The position numbers were made by a program, and so were the translations under genes. A stretch of DNA of 63,222 nucleotides, counting the filler, from Candidatus Rokuibacteriota bacterium (GTDB lineage Bacteria > JAUVQV01 > DATDCY01): the NCBI GenBank assembly GCA_031406795.1. It is 4 parts of 4 records of this genome, joined end to end, with 100 filler letters (N's around TTAATTAATTAA, not from the genome) between each part and the next. Parts side by side here need not be neighbours in the genome. Positions count along the whole stretch, not along the records: positions 44,900 to 61,284 come from JANOHV010000210.1; positions 61,385 to 63,222 come from JANOHV010000063.1; 2 more parts are not named here. One strand, written 5' to 3'. Under the pieces are notes generated by a model. It did not search any database, was not told the DNA's origin, and saw only the letters and a program-made list of their open reading frames with translations. Positions 52,762 to 63,222 of this stretch are shown here, one piece after another (the first letter of the stretch is position 1; the number at the start of each line of letters is the position of its first letter).

Positions 52762-54207
52762 GTGCTGAATAGCACTTTACCATCCCGGGAGGGGGTGAAC
52801 CCCTCCCCTACGAACCGTGATCCCACAGGCGATCCCACAGGCGATCCCACAGGTGATCCCACAGGTGATCCCACAGGCGGTTCCACCGGCGGTTCCACCG
52901 GCGGTTCCACTGGCGGTTCCACTTGCGGTTCCACTTGCGGTTCCACTGGCGGTTCCACTGGCGGTTCCACCGGCGGTTCCACTGGCGGTTCCACTGGCGG
53001 TTCCACCGTTGGTCCCACGGGCGATTGCTTAGGTGATCCGACCGGTGGTCGTAGGGGCGGGATTCACTCCCGCCCGCCCTTCGGCATCTACATCCACATC
53101 CCGTTCTGCGTCGCAAAGTGTCACTACTGCGATTTCGTATCGAAGCCGCTCGCAGCCGGCGATCTCGAGCCTTATCTCGCGGCGCTCGAGCGCGAGATCG
53201 CCGCCGCTCCCGAAGCCGGCCGGCGCGCGGGCACGGTGTTTTTCGGCGGCGGCACCCCGAGCCTGCTCGATGGCGGGCAACTCGCCCGGCTCCTCGCGGC
53301 CGTGCGCAACGCGTTCGCCGTGGACCCCGGCGCCGAGATCTCGATCGAGGCGAACCCCGGGACGCTGACCCCCGCGAAAGCGGCTGCTTTCCGCGCGAGC
53401 GGCGTGAACCGCGTGTCGCTCGGCGTGCAGTCGCTCGACGACACCCTGCTCGCCCGCATCGGCCGCCGGCACTCGCGGCGCGAAGCGCTCGCGGCGTTCG
53501 AGATGCTGCGGGCAGCCGGATTCGACAATCTCGGCCTGGACCTGATCCACGGCCTGCCTGGACAGAGGCCGGCGATCTGGCGGCGCGACCTGGAGCGCGC
53601 CATCGCCCTGGGTCCCGAGCACCTCTCGCTCTACGCGCTCGGCATCGAGGCGGGCACGGCGTTCGCCGCGGAGCGCGCGGCCGGGCGGCTCGAGCTGCCG
53701 GACGAGCGGCAGGAACTGGAGATGCTGGATCTGGCGCGCGCGCTGACGGCCCCGGCCGGGTACGAGCAGTACGAGATCTCCAACTTTGCGCGGCCTGGCC
53801 GCCGCTCTCGCCACAACCTCGACTGCTGGCGACTCGGCGAGTACCGCGGCTTCGGCGCCGGGGCCCACTCGCTGCTGCGCGGGCCGGCACCGCTGCGGCT
53901 GGCCAACACCCCCGACGTCGACGACTACGTGCGGCGCATCGCCGCGGGGGCCGAGGCGATCGCCATGCGCGAGTCGCCGTCGCCGCGCCAGTTCGCCGGC
54001 GAGGCGCTGATGCTCGGCCTGCGCACCGCGGACGGCGTCGACGAATCGGCTTTCACCCTCGATCACGGCGCCCCGCCGGCGACGCTCTTCCCGGAGGCCG
54101 CGGCGCTCGGTACCGAGCGCGGCTGGCTCGAGCGCTCGGGGGGCCATCTGCGGCTCACCGCAGAGGGAATCCTCTTTTCGAACGAAATCTTCCGCCTGCT
54201 TTTCTAA
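52762..54207 (+). CDS. hemW: Radical SAM heme chaperone HemW with repeat-derived N-terminal insert
   Basis: IYIHIPFCVAKCHYCDF, FGGGTPS and YEISNFA. Confidence 0.9.
   Translation: MLNSTLPSREGVNPSPTNRDPTGDPTGDPTGDPTGDPTGGSTGGSTGGSTGGSTCGSTCGSTGGSTGGSTGGSTGGSTGGSTVGPTGDCLGDPTGGRRGGIHSRPPFGIYIHIPFCVAKCHYCDFVSKPLAAGDLEPYLAALEREIAAAPEAGRRAGTVFFGGGTPSLLDGGQLARLLAAVRNAFAVDPGAEISIEANPGTLTPAKAAAFRASGVNRVSLGVQSLDDTLLARIGRRHSRREALAAFEMLRAAGFDNLGLDLIHGLPGQRPAIWRRDLERAIALGPEHLSLYALGIEAGTAFAAERAAGRLELPDERQELEMLDLARALTAPAGYEQYEISNFARPGRRSRHNLDCWRLGEYRGFGAGAHSLLRGPAPLRLANTPDVDDYVRRIAAGAEAIAMRESPSPRQFAGEALMLGLRTADGVDESAFTLDHGAPPATLFPEAAALGTERGWLERSGGHLRLTAEGILFSNEIFRLLF
52785..53076. repeat. GTAG-type REP pair enclosing 19 tandem 12-bp units
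   Basis: GGGAGGGGGTGAACCCCTCCCCTAC ... (GATCCCACAGGY / GGTTCCACYGGC)n at 52819-53046 ... GTAGGGGCGGGATTCACTCCCGCCC. Confidence 0.9.
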
Positions 54208-54251
54208 CGGAGATTTGTCACCACAATCTTCCCAAGCTTGCTTGGCGCGAT

Positions 54252-54422
54252 AACCCTTCAGTGAAGTGCGGTAACTTTTCCCGTTCGTGGTGAGCCGTGA
54301 GCTTGACGAACGGTCGAACCACGAACGGGAAAGAGTCTTCATACAAGCGCCCTTCGACCGTTCGACAAGCTCACGGCTCAGGGCGAACGGTACTGATCGG
54401 GCCACTGTTCACTGAATGATTA
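54252..54422. repeat. MITE-like element R4, copy 2 (with nested expansions)
   Basis: Same body as 48755-48892 with extra complementary inserts in both arms. Confidence 0.85.
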
Positions 54423-54446
54423 CCATTGCCTCCCTGCCGGCCCGGG

Positions 54447-55427
54447 CTAACGGGGCAGAAAACCCAGCAGGAAGTGCTCGAGGAGGAGTTTCGGCGCGAC
54501 CGCCGTGCTCTTGACCGCCTCGTCGAGCCGCAGGAGCCCGTGCAGGCCGCTTTCGATCTCGGCTTGCGTGAAGTGCCGCGCATCGGAACGCAGCTTGTCG
54601 AGCTGGCCGGAGTAGACCCGGAACTCCTTGGGCGCTTCGCGCGCGCCGCCGCTGAGATACCAGAGAATCCGCAGCCGCTTGCCGAGCATCCCGAGCAGGC
54701 CGAGGAACTCCTCGTCCTTGATCGTGACCTCACGGATCAGCCGCAGGCTGCCGGGCAGGTCACGGCGGCCGATCGCGTCGTCGATGTCGAAATCACGGTG
54801 GTGCACGTACCCGGCGGCGTACTGCTCCACCGCCCCGGCGTCGATCGCGCCGCCGGGGCCGACCGCCTGGCGCAATTTCGTCAGCTCGTTGAAGACCTGC
54901 GCATGATCGTCGCCGGCGACCTCGATCAACCGCGCGACGGCCGCGGCGTCGATCGTGCATTCCAGCCGGGCGGCTTCGACCTGCACCGCGCCCGCGAGCG
55001 CCGCTCCCTTCAACGGATTGAAGGCCACGACGACCCAGGATTCGCCATGCTGCTTGGCGAGGGCCTTGCCCTTCGCGTCGTCCTCCGTCGTGGCGACAAA
55101 GACGGTATCGGGGGACGGGGCCGCGAGATATTCGGCGAGCAGCTCGCCGCGCCCCGCCTGGTCGAGCCGCGTCTTCTCGATGTCGCGCAGCACGACGACC
55201 CGCCGCTTCCCGAAGAGCGGCTGCGTGCGCGCCGCCGTCAGCACGTCGACCATTTCGCTCTCGAAGGCGTGGAAGACCTGAACGTTGAAGTCGCGCGCCC
55301 CGGCCGGGACCAGCGCGATAAGGGCGCTGATCGCCTCGCGCTTGGGCAGGGTCTCCGTCCCCGTGAACAGGTAGGCCGGCGCGGCCTTGCCCTTGCCTAT
55401 TTCGCGGCGCAATTGCTCCGGCGTCAA
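54447..55427 (-). CDS. holA: DNA polymerase III delta subunit
   Basis: PAYLFTGTE, DFN and TQPLFGKRRVVV; leuS-lptE-holA synteny. Confidence 0.85.
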   Translation of the reverse strand: MTPEQLRREIGKGKAAPAYLFTGTETLPKREAISALIALVPAGARDFNVQVFHAFESEMVDVLTAARTQPLFGKRRVVVLRDIEKTRLDQAGRGELLAEYLAAPSPDTVFVATTEDDAKGKALAKQHGESWVVVAFNPLKGAALAGAVQVEAARLECTIDAAAVARLIEVAGDDHAQVFNELTKLRQAVGPGGAIDAGAVEQYAAGYVHHRDFDIDDAIGRRDLPGSLRLIREVTIKDEEFLGLLGMLGKRLRILWYLSGGAREAPKEFRVYSGQLDKLRSDARHFTQAEIESGLHGLLRLDEAVKSTAVAPKLLLEHFLLGFLPR

Positions 55428-55439
55428 CGGCGGCGCCTG

Positions 55440-55967
55440 CTAGAAGCTCTCGAGCATCAGGGAGACAAGCTTCTGGCTCATCTGTTTCGAGGCGCTGCGC
55501 ATCGCCTCGTCCTCGAGGCGATCGTTCTCCTGCAGGTCGTTCCGAACCGGGTAGTCGAAACGCACGGTCACGGCTTTCTCGCCGAAGAGCAGCCGCTTGT
55601 CGGCTCTCGTGACGAGACTGACGTCCATGACGATCGTCAGCCGGTTCTCGAGCGGCTTCTTCTTCGAGTCGAAGGTGATCGGTTCGCGCTTGTAGCCCGT
55701 CACCTGCCCGAGGATCAGCGCCTGCGCCCCCTCGCCGGCGGCGACGCGCAGCTTCGCCGACCCGAGCAGCTGGTTGATGAAGTCTTCCGTCATCACGCGC
55801 CCGACATCCGTGCGGGAGGTGTGGTTCTCGAACACCGGCACCTCGACTCGCGTGACCCCGCCGGGGAGCTGGCCGCCGATGCCGACGATGCGATAGCCGC
55901 AGCCGGCGGCCAGGGCCAGCAGCACGAGAGACCCGAGCGCGGAGCGCCGCAGCGACCGGGCGCTCAC
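55440..55967 (-). CDS. lptE: LPS assembly lipoprotein
   Basis: LAAGCGYR lipobox, VPVFENHT; synteny. Confidence 0.85.
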   Translation of the reverse strand: MSARSLRRSALGSLVLLALAAGCGYRIVGIGGQLPGGVTRVEVPVFENHTSRTDVGRVMTEDFINQLLGSAKLRVAAGEGAQALILGQVTGYKREPITFDSKKKPLENRLTIVMDVSLVTRADKRLLFGEKAVTVRFDYPVRNDLQENDRLEDEAMRSASKQMSQKLVSLMLESF

Positions 55968-58573
55968 CCGGGACTCTCCGCGGCGACGACGACGTTGAGC
56001 AGCCGGCCGGGAATGTAGACGACCTTGCGCACCTCGCCGCGGCCGACCCAGTCGCGCACCCGCGCGTCCGCGAAGGCGGCGCGGCGCACCTCCTCCTCGC
56101 CGGCGGCCGCCGGCACCGTGACGCGGCCGCGCACCTTGCCGTTGACCTGGACGACGACCTCGACCGTCTCCTCGCGCAGCAGCGCCGGGTCGAACCCGGG
56201 CCAGGCGGCCGCGCGGGCTTCGCCGCCGCCGCCGCCGATGCGCTCCCACAGTTCGGCGGCGAAGTGCGGCGTGAACGGCTGGAGCAGCAGCAGCAGCCGC
56301 TCGATCGCTTCGCGCAGCGCTCCGCGCGCGGCCGCGGTCGACGCCGCCGCGCCTTCGAGCTGATAGAGGTGATTGACCAGTTCCATGACGGCGCTGATCG
56401 CGGTGTTGAAGTGAAAGCGCTCGATGTCCTCCGTGACCTTCTTCGTCGTGCGGTGGGTGCGCTTGCGCAAGTCGATCCACGCCCCTTCGGCGCCCGCGGC
56501 ATCGGCCGCGACGCCGGCGCGGATCTCCTCGAGCCGGCCCTCGACCAGACGCCAGATCCGGTTGAGAAAGCGCTGGCAGCCCTCGATCCCCTCCTCGCTC
56601 CACTCCAGTTCCTTCTCGGGGGGCGCGGCGAAGAGGGAGAAGAGGCGCGTGGTGTCGGCGCCGTAGACCCGCACCATCTCGTCGGGGCTCACGACGTTCT
56701 TCTTCGACTTGGACATCTTGATGCGGCCGCCGACTTCCACCGGCGCGGCGCAGACGTGGCAGACCTTGCCGCCCGCGCCGGGGAGCGCCTCCTCGGGGCC
56801 GAGGAAGCCGTGCTCGGCGCAGCGGTAACTCTCCATGCAGACCATCCCCTGGGTCAGCAAGTTCGCGAACGGCTCGGCCGAGGCGACGAGCCCGAGATCG
56901 CGCATGACCCGGGTGAAGAAGCGCGCGTAGAGCAGGTGCAGGATCGCGTGCTCGATGCCGCCGATGTACTGGTCCACCGGCATCCAGTACGCGGCGTCGC
57001 CGGCTTCGACCGGCGCGCCTTCGAACCGCGGCGAACAGTAGCGCAGGAAGTACCAGGAGGAGTCCACGAACGTGTCCATCGTGTCCAGGTCGCGCTCGGC
57101 CGCGCCCCCGCACTGCGGGCAGGCGCGGTGGCGGAACGACGGGATGCGCCCGAGCGGCGAGCCGCCGCGCTGGTTGATCTCGACCCCTTCGAGCGGCAGC
57201 ACGACCGGCAGTTCCGCGTCGGGAACGGGCACGACGCCGCAGGCGGGGCAGTGGACCATGGGGATCGGCGTTCCCCAGTAGCGCTGCCGGGAGATGCCCC
57301 AGTCGCGCAGCCGGTAGTTCGTCTCGCGCGCGCCGCAGCTCCGCTCCTCGAGCAGCGCGATCATCCGCTCTTTCGCCGCGGCGGTGGGCAGGCCGTTGCA
57401 GGGACCGGAGTTCACCGCGACGCCGTCGCCTTCGAACGCCGCGGTCATCGTCGCGGGCTCGAGGCTCTCGCCCGGCGGGTTGACGACCACCGCCACCGGC
57501 AGCCCGTACTTGCGCGCGAATTCGAAGTCGCGCTGGTCGTGCGCGGGCACGGCCATCACCGCCCCGGTGCCGTACTCCATCAGCACGAAGTTCGCGGCCC
57601 AGACCGGTATCGCGGCGCCGGTCAGCGGGTTCACCGCGTGCGCCCCGGTGAAGACGCCCTCCTTCTCGATCTCGCCCGCGGTGCGCGCCGATCGCTCGAG
57701 GCGCCCGGCCTTCTCGACGAACGCCCGCACCGCCGCCTCCTGCGCGGTGCCGCGGGAGAGCTCGGCGACCAGCGGGTGCTCCGGGGCCAGCGACATGAAG
57801 GTGGCGCCGAAGAGCGTGTCCTGGCGCGTCGTGAACACGCGCACCGCCCCCTCGCGCCCGGCGAGCGCGAAGTCGATGCGCGCGCCGTAGCTGCGCCCGA
57901 TCCAGTTGCGCTGCATCGTCAGCACGCGCTCGGGCCACGTGGACGCCAGATCGTCGCAGCCGGCGAGCAGTTCATCGGCGTAGCGCGTGATGCGGAAGAA
58001 CCAGCCCTCGATTTCGCGCGTCACCACGGGGTTCGAGCACCGCCAGCAGGCGCCGCCCTCGACCTGCTCGTTGGCCAGTACGGTCTCGCAGTCCGGGCAC
58101 CAGTTCACCGCCGTGCGGCGGCGGTAGACCAGACCGCGCTCGTGCATCCGCAGAAACAGCCACTGGTTCCAGCGGTAGTAGCCGGGGTCGCAGGTCGCGA
58201 TCTCGCGCTCCCAGTCGTAGCTGACCCCGAGGGCGCGCATCTGCAGCTTCATGTTGGCGATGTTCTCGCGCGTCCAGCGCTCCGGGTGCGTCCCGCGCGC
58301 CATCGCGGCGTTCTCGGCGGGCAGCCCGAAGGCGTCCCAGCCCATCGGGTGCAGCACGTTGAAGCCGCGCATCGTCTTGTAGCGCGCCAGCAGATCCCCG
58401 ATCGAGTAGACGCGCATGTGGCCCATGTGCAGATTGCCCGAGGGGTACGGGAACATCTCGAGACAGTAATACTTCGGGCGGTCGGGCCGCCGCTCGACCC
58501 GGTAGGCCCCCTCGTCCTCCCACCGTTTCTGCCACCGGGCTTCGATCCCGGCCGGCTGATATCGCTCCGCCAT
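55964..58573 (-). CDS. leuS: Leucine-tRNA ligase
   Basis: [18 protein letters not shown] and [11 protein letters not shown]. Confidence 0.98.
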   Translation of the reverse strand: MAERYQPAGIEARWQKRWEDEGAYRVERRPDRPKYYCLEMFPYPSGNLHMGHMRVYSIGDLLARYKTMRGFNVLHPMGWDAFGLPAENAAMARGTHPERWTRENIANMKLQMRALGVSYDWEREIATCDPGYYRWNQWLFLRMHERGLVYRRRTAVNWCPDCETVLANEQVEGGACWRCSNPVVTREIEGWFFRITRYADELLAGCDDLASTWPERVLTMQRNWIGRSYGARIDFALAGREGAVRVFTTRQDTLFGATFMSLAPEHPLVAELSRGTAQEAAVRAFVEKAGRLERSARTAGEIEKEGVFTGAHAVNPLTGAAIPVWAANFVLMEYGTGAVMAVPAHDQRDFEFARKYGLPVAVVVNPPGESLEPATMTAAFEGDGVAVNSGPCNGLPTAAAKERMIALLEERSCGARETNYRLRDWGISRQRYWGTPIPMVHCPACGVVPVPDAELPVVLPLEGVEINQRGGSPLGRIPSFRHRACPQCGGAAERDLDTMDTFVDSSWYFLRYCSPRFEGAPVEAGDAAYWMPVDQYIGGIEHAILHLLYARFFTRVMRDLGLVASAEPFANLLTQGMVCMESYRCAEHGFLGPEEALPGAGGKVCHVCAAPVEVGGRIKMSKSKKNVVSPDEMVRVYGADTTRLFSLFAAPPEKELEWSEEGIEGCQRFLNRIWRLVEGRLEEIRAGVAADAAGAEGAWIDLRKRTHRTTKKVTEDIERFHFNTAISAVMELVNHLYQLEGAAASTAAARGALREAIERLLLLLQPFTPHFAAELWERIGGGGGEARAAAWPGFDPALLREETVEVVVQVNGKVRGRVTVPAAAGEEEVRRAAFADARVRDWVGRGEVRKVVYIPGRLLNVVVAAESPG

Positions 58574-58658
58574 GTATCTTTCCTCCCTCGAATCACGGGA
58601 ATACGCAGTGTTGGGATTGTAGTTACCGCGCGGGACCAATGCAACCGCGAGGATCTAT

Positions 58659-58773
58659 TGGACGCAGGGGTGGCGCGGAGGGGAGGTCTCCATCGGCGGA
58701 GCGAAGTGAGTGCCCGCTCGGGGGGCATAAACACGATGGAGTCCGCAGCGTCAGGACCCCGCAGCCCGCACGG
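58659..58773. repeat. Repeat family R1, copy 2
   Basis: Same conserved arms as 25533-25750. Confidence 0.85.
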
Positions 58774-58895
58774 TCTTAGAGTGGGGAATTGATTTCCCGT
58801 GCTAATCCTGTCAGAATACACAGGTATTCAGGCAGCCCCGCACGCGGTGTTCGGCTCGGGGCATGGTCGACACTTCTTGAGGGAGGCACAACGCA

Positions 58896-59540
58896 ATGCG
58901 GGTTATTCTCCTGGGGGCTCCCGGCGCCGGCAAAGGCACCGTGGCCAAGATGCTCAACGCCCACGATGGTTCGGTTCAGATCTCCACCGGCGACATCCTG
59001 CGCTCGGCCGTCGCGGCCGGCACCGCGCTCGGCAAGGAAGCCAAAGGCTTCATGGACAGCGGCGCGCTGGTCCCGGACTCGCTGATCATGGGGATCATGG
59101 AGCACCGCCTCCAGGAGCCCGACGCGCAGAAGGGCTTCCTGCTCGACGGCTTTCCCCGCACCATCCCGCAGGCCGAGGCGCTCGGCGCGATTCTCAAGAA
59201 GCTCGGCATCAAGCTGGACCTGGTCGTCAGCCTCGAAGTGCCCCGCGAGGTGATCCTCGACCGTCTCACCACCCGGCGGACCTGCTCCAACGGCGCCTGC
59301 CAGGAGATCTACAACGTCAAGTCCAAGCCCCCCGCCCCGGGCGACAAGTGCGTGAAGTGCGGTTCCCCGGTCATCCAGCGCGCCGACGAGACCGTGGAAG
59401 CGATCTCCAAGCGGCTCGACACCTACCAGGCGATGACCGCGCCGCTGATCGACTACTACCGCGGCTCGGGGGTTTTCTTCGCGATCCCGAACCTGGTGAG
59501 CAAGGACGCTTTCGAGGGCATCGTCAAGAAGCTCGGCTGA
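58896..59540 (+). CDS. adk: Adenylate kinase (Zn-lid type)
   Basis: LLGAPGAGKGT, STGDILR and LDGFPRT. Confidence 0.97.
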   Translation: MRVILLGAPGAGKGTVAKMLNAHDGSVQISTGDILRSAVAAGTALGKEAKGFMDSGALVPDSLIMGIMEHRLQEPDAQKGFLLDGFPRTIPQAEALGAILKKLGIKLDLVVSLEVPREVILDRLTTRRTCSNGACQEIYNVKSKPPAPGDKCVKCGSPVIQRADETVEAISKRLDTYQAMTAPLIDYYRGSGVFFAIPNLVSKDAFEGIVKKLG

Positions 59541-59881
59541 TGAGGAAGTTCCTCCTGCGGGCGGGGTTCGCGGCGTTCGGGCTCTGGCTCGCCGCGCAGG
59601 TGGTCCCGGGAATCGCGATCGAAGGCGCCGGCACCCTCGCCGGCGCCGCTCTTCTTCTCGGCCTGATCAACGCGACCTTGCGCCCGGTCCTCGTGGTGCT
59701 GACCCTGCCGATCACGATACTGACGCTCGGGCTCTTCCTGTTCGTGGTCAACGCCGCCACGTTCGCCCTGGTGGCGTATTTCCTGAAGGACTTCCACATT
59801 GCCGGTTTCGTGCCGGCCCTTCTCGGTTCTCTTCTCGTCAGCTTCATCAGCTGGCTCGCCTCCGCCTTCATCAAGGACTGA
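59540..59881 (+). CDS. YvlD/phage holin family 4-TM membrane protein
   Basis: NATLRPVL..LTLPITILTLGLFLFVVNA. Confidence 0.88.
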   Translation: MRKFLLRAGFAAFGLWLAAQVVPGIAIEGAGTLAGAALLLGLINATLRPVLVVLTLPITILTLGLFLFVVNAATFALVAYFLKDFHIAGFVPALLGSLLVSFISWLASAFIKD

Positions 59882-59900
59882 AGTTCGGCCCGTTCCCGTT

Positions 59901-60096
59901 CGCGAGGCGACTGGTGCGTCCCTTCGGTCGTGCGTCTGCGCAGCCTACCCGTCACGGCGCCCGTGGCTTGCAGTCTCGTAACTCGCCTTCGGCTCAAACA
60001 ACGAGCCTGCGTCCCTGCGGGACCGCCCCGGTCACCGCGCCGGGCTTAACGGCTGCTCCGCGCATCTTCCCTCAGTGACGCCCCAGCCGCCTCGCG
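59901..60096. repeat. Repeat family R2, full copy with inverted ends
   Basis: CGCGAGGCGACTGG..CCAGCCGCCTCGCG; contains AACTCGCCTTCGGCTCAAACA. Confidence 0.85.
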
Positions 60097-60130
60097 CAAG
60101 ACCGTAACGGCCCATGGGGGAGGATGCAAT

Positions 60131-60225
60131 GGGCGGAGGGGTGGCGCGGAGGGGAGGTCTCCAGCGGGGGAGCGCAGCGAGGCCGATGGAGGTCCGCAGC
60201 GACAGGACCCCGCAGCCTGCACGGG
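60131..60225. repeat. Repeat family R1, copy 3
   Basis: Same conserved arms as 25533-25750. Confidence 0.85.
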
Positions 60226-60314
60226 AACACCTTCCCCATCAGATCGGTTCGTTCGGGTTGGTGTTCAACAATTTCACTTGAAATCCAATTTCCCTTTATT
60301 CATAATTCGGTTCC

Positions 60315-61184
60315 ATGAAAAGCCGCAGACGACACTTCAGGTCTGCCGGCCTCCCCGCAGCCGTCGCCCTGCTCGTTGCGTTTTCTGTCGTCCCGTCCGC
60401 CGGCGCCGCCGCGCGGCCTCCCTTTCGGATTGTCTCGCTCGAGCGCGGCCGCCGCGATCTCCCCAAGGTCGCCCTGACCTTCGACGGGGGCGCCGAGGCC
60501 GGGCAGAGCGGGCAAATCCTCGACGTGCTGAAGCAGCGCGGCGTGAGCGCCACCTTCTTCCTGACCGGGGACTACATCAGCCGCAACCCGGAACTGGTAC
60601 GCCGGATCGTCTCGGCCGGGCACGAGGTCGGCAATCACACCTGGTCGCACCCGCATTTGACCACCTGGAACCAATCGCACCGCCACGACACGCTGCCCGG
60701 TCTCGATCAGGCGCTCATCGAGCGGGAACTGAACCGGACGGCCCGGGCCTTCGAGGCGGCGACCGGCCGGCTGATGACCGCCCTCTGGCGCGCCCCGTAC
60801 GGCGAGGTGAACGACCGGCTGCTCTCCTGGGCCGCCGGGGCTGGCTGGAGCCACGTCGGCTGGACGCGCGACGATCTCGGCGGGCGGCACACCCTCGACA
60901 GCCTGGACTGGGTCTCCGAGCGTTCCTCGCGCAACTACCTCACGTCCGGACAGATCGCCCGGCGCATCCTCTCCTTCGGGTCCGGCGGGGCCGGACTCAA
61001 CGGCGGGATCGTCCTGATGCACTTGAGCACCAGCCGCCCGGACCCGGGCGTGACGGTGCTCGGCGAACTCGTCGACGCCCTGCGCGCGAACGGCTACGCC
61101 CTGGTCACCGTCACGGAACTCCAGCGCGACCTCGCCCCGCCGGGCGGCCCGGTCGCGCTCACCTCGGCGGCAGGGACCCGCTGA
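60315..61184 (+). CDS. Exported polysaccharide deacetylase (NodB/CE4)
   Basis: ALTFDGG, GNHTWSHP, WRAPYG and IVLMH. Confidence 0.92.
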   Translation: MKSRRRHFRSAGLPAAVALLVAFSVVPSAGAAARPPFRIVSLERGRRDLPKVALTFDGGAEAGQSGQILDVLKQRGVSATFFLTGDYISRNPELVRRIVSAGHEVGNHTWSHPHLTTWNQSHRHDTLPGLDQALIERELNRTARAFEAATGRLMTALWRAPYGEVNDRLLSWAAGAGWSHVGWTRDDLGGRHTLDSLDWVSERSSRNYLTSGQIARRILSFGSGGAGLNGGIVLMHLSTSRPDPGVTVLGELVDALRANGYALVTVTELQRDLAPPGGPVALTSAAGTR

Positions 61185-61284
61185 TCGGGTTGACCGCACA
61201 GCCGTATCTTGTTAGATTAATGATGGTTTAATCGGGGGAGGAGTGTTTTCGCATGACGGTGCGGCGAGGTCGTACGGCGCGATG

Positions 61285-61384
61285 NNNNNNNNNNNNNNNN
61301 NNNNNNNNNNNNNNNNNNNNNNNNNNNNTTAATTAATTAANNNNNNNNNNNNNNNNNNNNNNNNNNNNNNNNNNNNNNNNNNNN
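61285..61384. other. Artificial contig linker
   Basis: N-run + TTAATTAATTAA + N-run. Confidence 0.98.
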
Positions 61385-61533
61385 GCGACCAGCCTGCGGA
61401 TCGCCCAGGGTCCCAGCAGCAGGCTCATTGCCAGCGCCGTGAGCGCGGCGTAAGCGGCGCGAAACGTGATGTAGCGAAAGACGTTGAATGCCGCGTAGTC
61501 CTGATGCAGCGGGTAGAGCAGATCGTAGAGCAT
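61385..61533 (-). CDS. mraY: Phospho-MurNAc-pentapeptide transferase (partial)
   Basis: [11 protein letters not shown]; follows murF. Confidence 0.92.
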
Positions 61534-63005
61534 CAGCCCGTCCCCCCCGCCGCCCGCAGGTGCTCGAGCAGGCGCTCGAGGCGCACGCCGCGGGAACCCT
61601 TCAGCAGGACGAGGTCCCCCGGGCGCAGCCAGCCGGCGAGCACGGGCGCCGCCGCCTCGACATCGGGGGCGGTCGCGATCGCCGACGGGCCGAGCCCGCC
61701 CGCGCGGGCGCCCGCGGCGACAGATTCGGCGAACGCGCCAACGGCGAGCAGCAGGGCCGGCGCGGTCTGCGCTGCGACCCGCCCGAGTTCGCGGTGTTCC
61801 TCGGCCGCGGCAGAGCCGAGTTCAAGCATGTCGCCGAGCACGAGCGCGCGGCGCGGGGCCGCGGGCAGCTGGGCGAACGCCGCGAGAGACGCGCGCATCG
61901 AGGCCGGGTTGGCGTTGTAAGCATCGTTCACGAGCGTCACGCCGGAGGGGAGCGTCCCGACTTCGAAGCGCATGGGCGACCGCCGGGCCCGCAGCAGGCC
62001 CGCGCCGATCTCGGCGCAACCCGCCCCGAGACAGTGCGCCGCGGCGGCCGCGGCCAGCGCGTTGCGCAAGTTGTGCTCCCCGGGCCAGGGCAGTCGCACC
62101 CGGGCGCGGCCGCCGTCCGCCAGCACGAGCGTGAAGAGCGTCTCCTGCGCCGCGTACTCGACCTGATCGGCGCGAACGTCGGCCGCCGGGGACAGCCCGA
62201 AACTGACCCGGCTTCCTCTCCAGCGCGCGGCCAGATCCGGAGTCGCCGGGTCGTCGGCGTTAAGCACGGCCGTCCCCCCCGGCGCGATCCCGTCGAAGAG
62301 CTCGGCTTTCGCCGCCGCAACTCCGGCGAGCCCGCCGACTCCCTCGAGGTGCACGGGGCCGACATTCGTAACGACCCCGACCTGCGGCGCGGCGATGGCG
62401 GCGAGCCGGGCGATTTCGCCGGGCCGGCTCATGCCCATCTCCACGACCGCGACTTCGTGCCCGACTTCCAGCCCCAGCAAGGTCAGCGGCAGCCCGATGA
62501 GATTGTTCAGGTTCCCCTCGCTGCTCAGCACGCGCCAGCGCTCGGCGGCGATCGCAGAGGTCATCTCCTTGGTCGTTGTCTTGCCGTTGCTCCCGGTGAT
62601 GCCCACGACGCGCGCCGGCATCCGGCGGCGGTGATAGGCGGCCAGATCGCCGAGCGCCCGCAGGGAGTCGTTCACCACGAACACCACGCGACCCGGCCAG
62701 CGGGCGAGTTCGCCCGCCACCTCGTCGCGCTGCAGCGCCTGTTCTTCGACCAGGACGCCCCAGGCGCCGCGCCGCAGCGCATCGCCGACGAAGCGGTGGC
62801 CGTCGAGCACGACCCGCACCGGCTGCTCGCGCGGGCCGGCCAGCGCGACGAACAACTCGCCGCGGGCGAGCGTGCGGCTGTCCGTCGAGACGCCCCCGGC
62901 TTCCGACCCCGCGGGCGGGCAGGCCCGCACCGCCCCGGCCGTTGCCGCGAGCAAGTCCGTCACGGCGAACCGCGCTGCCGTCGCGGGCAGCGTCACCGCG
63001 GACAT
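61533..63005 (-). CDS. murF: UDP-MurNAc-tripeptide D-Ala-D-Ala ligase
   Basis: [21 protein letters not shown] and LLKGSRG. Confidence 0.96.
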   Translation of the reverse strand: MSAVTLPATAARFAVTDLLAATAGAVRACPPAGSEAGGVSTDSRTLARGELFVALAGPREQPVRVVLDGHRFVGDALRRGAWGVLVEEQALQRDEVAGELARWPGRVVFVVNDSLRALGDLAAYHRRRMPARVVGITGSNGKTTTKEMTSAIAAERWRVLSSEGNLNNLIGLPLTLLGLEVGHEVAVVEMGMSRPGEIARLAAIAAPQVGVVTNVGPVHLEGVGGLAGVAAAKAELFDGIAPGGTAVLNADDPATPDLAARWRGSRVSFGLSPAADVRADQVEYAAQETLFTLVLADGGRARVRLPWPGEHNLRNALAAAAAAHCLGAGCAEIGAGLLRARRSPMRFEVGTLPSGVTLVNDAYNANPASMRASLAAFAQLPAAPRRALVLGDMLELGSAAAEEHRELGRVAAQTAPALLLAVGAFAESVAAGARAGGLGPSAIATAPDVEAAAPVLAGWLRPGDLVLLKGSRGVRLERLLEHLRAAGGTG

Positions 63006-63222
63006 CGGGCCTCCTCGAGCGCGCGCCGTGCTTCCTCACGGTCGGAAAATTGCCGGACCGCTCCGCCGATGATCTGGGTGTCCTCGTGGCCCTTTCCCGC
63101 GATCAGCACCAGATCACCCGCGGCGCTCTCGCGAATCGCGGCGCGAATCGCCGCGCGCCGGTCCACGATCACCTGCAGCGCGGCCGCGCCCCCGCTCGCC
63201 CTGGCCCCCGCGGTGATCTGTT
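62993..63222 (-). CDS. murE: UDP-MurNAc-dipeptide ligase (3' end)
   Basis: DRRAAIRAAI..DLVLIAGKGHEDTQI..FSDREEA. Confidence 0.9.
   Translation of the reverse strand, partial: QITAGARASGGAAALQVIVDRRAAIRAAIRESAAGDLVLIAGKGHEDTQIIGGAVRQFSDREEARRALEEARCPR

Noticed and set aside
52819..53046. Possible CRISPR array
   Set aside because: Contiguous 12-bp units with no spacers and no cas genes.
59540..59881. Prophage suggested by the holin-family gene
   Set aside because: Common chromosomal membrane family; no phage genes nearby.

Overview
High-GC bacterial sequence made of four contigs (1-21991, 22092-44799, 44900-61284, 61385-63222) joined by artificial N-TTAATTAATTAA-N linkers, so adjacency across linkers means nothing. 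Contig 1 is mostly a ~17 kb accessory region (about 4.5-22 kb) dense in toxin-antitoxin and Fic modules, many of them broken. It has an internally collinear duplicated architecture, tRNA-Arg fragments, an IS21-like end, a decayed HIT-PLD-helicase-DUF3427 gene and a probable selenocysteine-containing DsbA/FrnE gene. Contig 2 carries housekeeping genes (cbiQO, rnj, rsmA, pdxA, argD, trxA, argB, SOD, tRNA-Arg(CCG), mtaB, RND pump) and ends in an apparently decayed integron-cassette region with attC-like halves, group II intron 3' remnants, a dioxygenase pseudogene and hicBA. Contig 3 holds argJC, rpsI/rplM, feoB, hemW (with an in-frame REP/tandem-repeat insertion), holA-lptE-leuS and adk, plus several structured intergenic repeat families. 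Contig 4 is part of the dcw cluster (murE-murF-mraY). All calls come from reading motifs by eye; no database searches were run.
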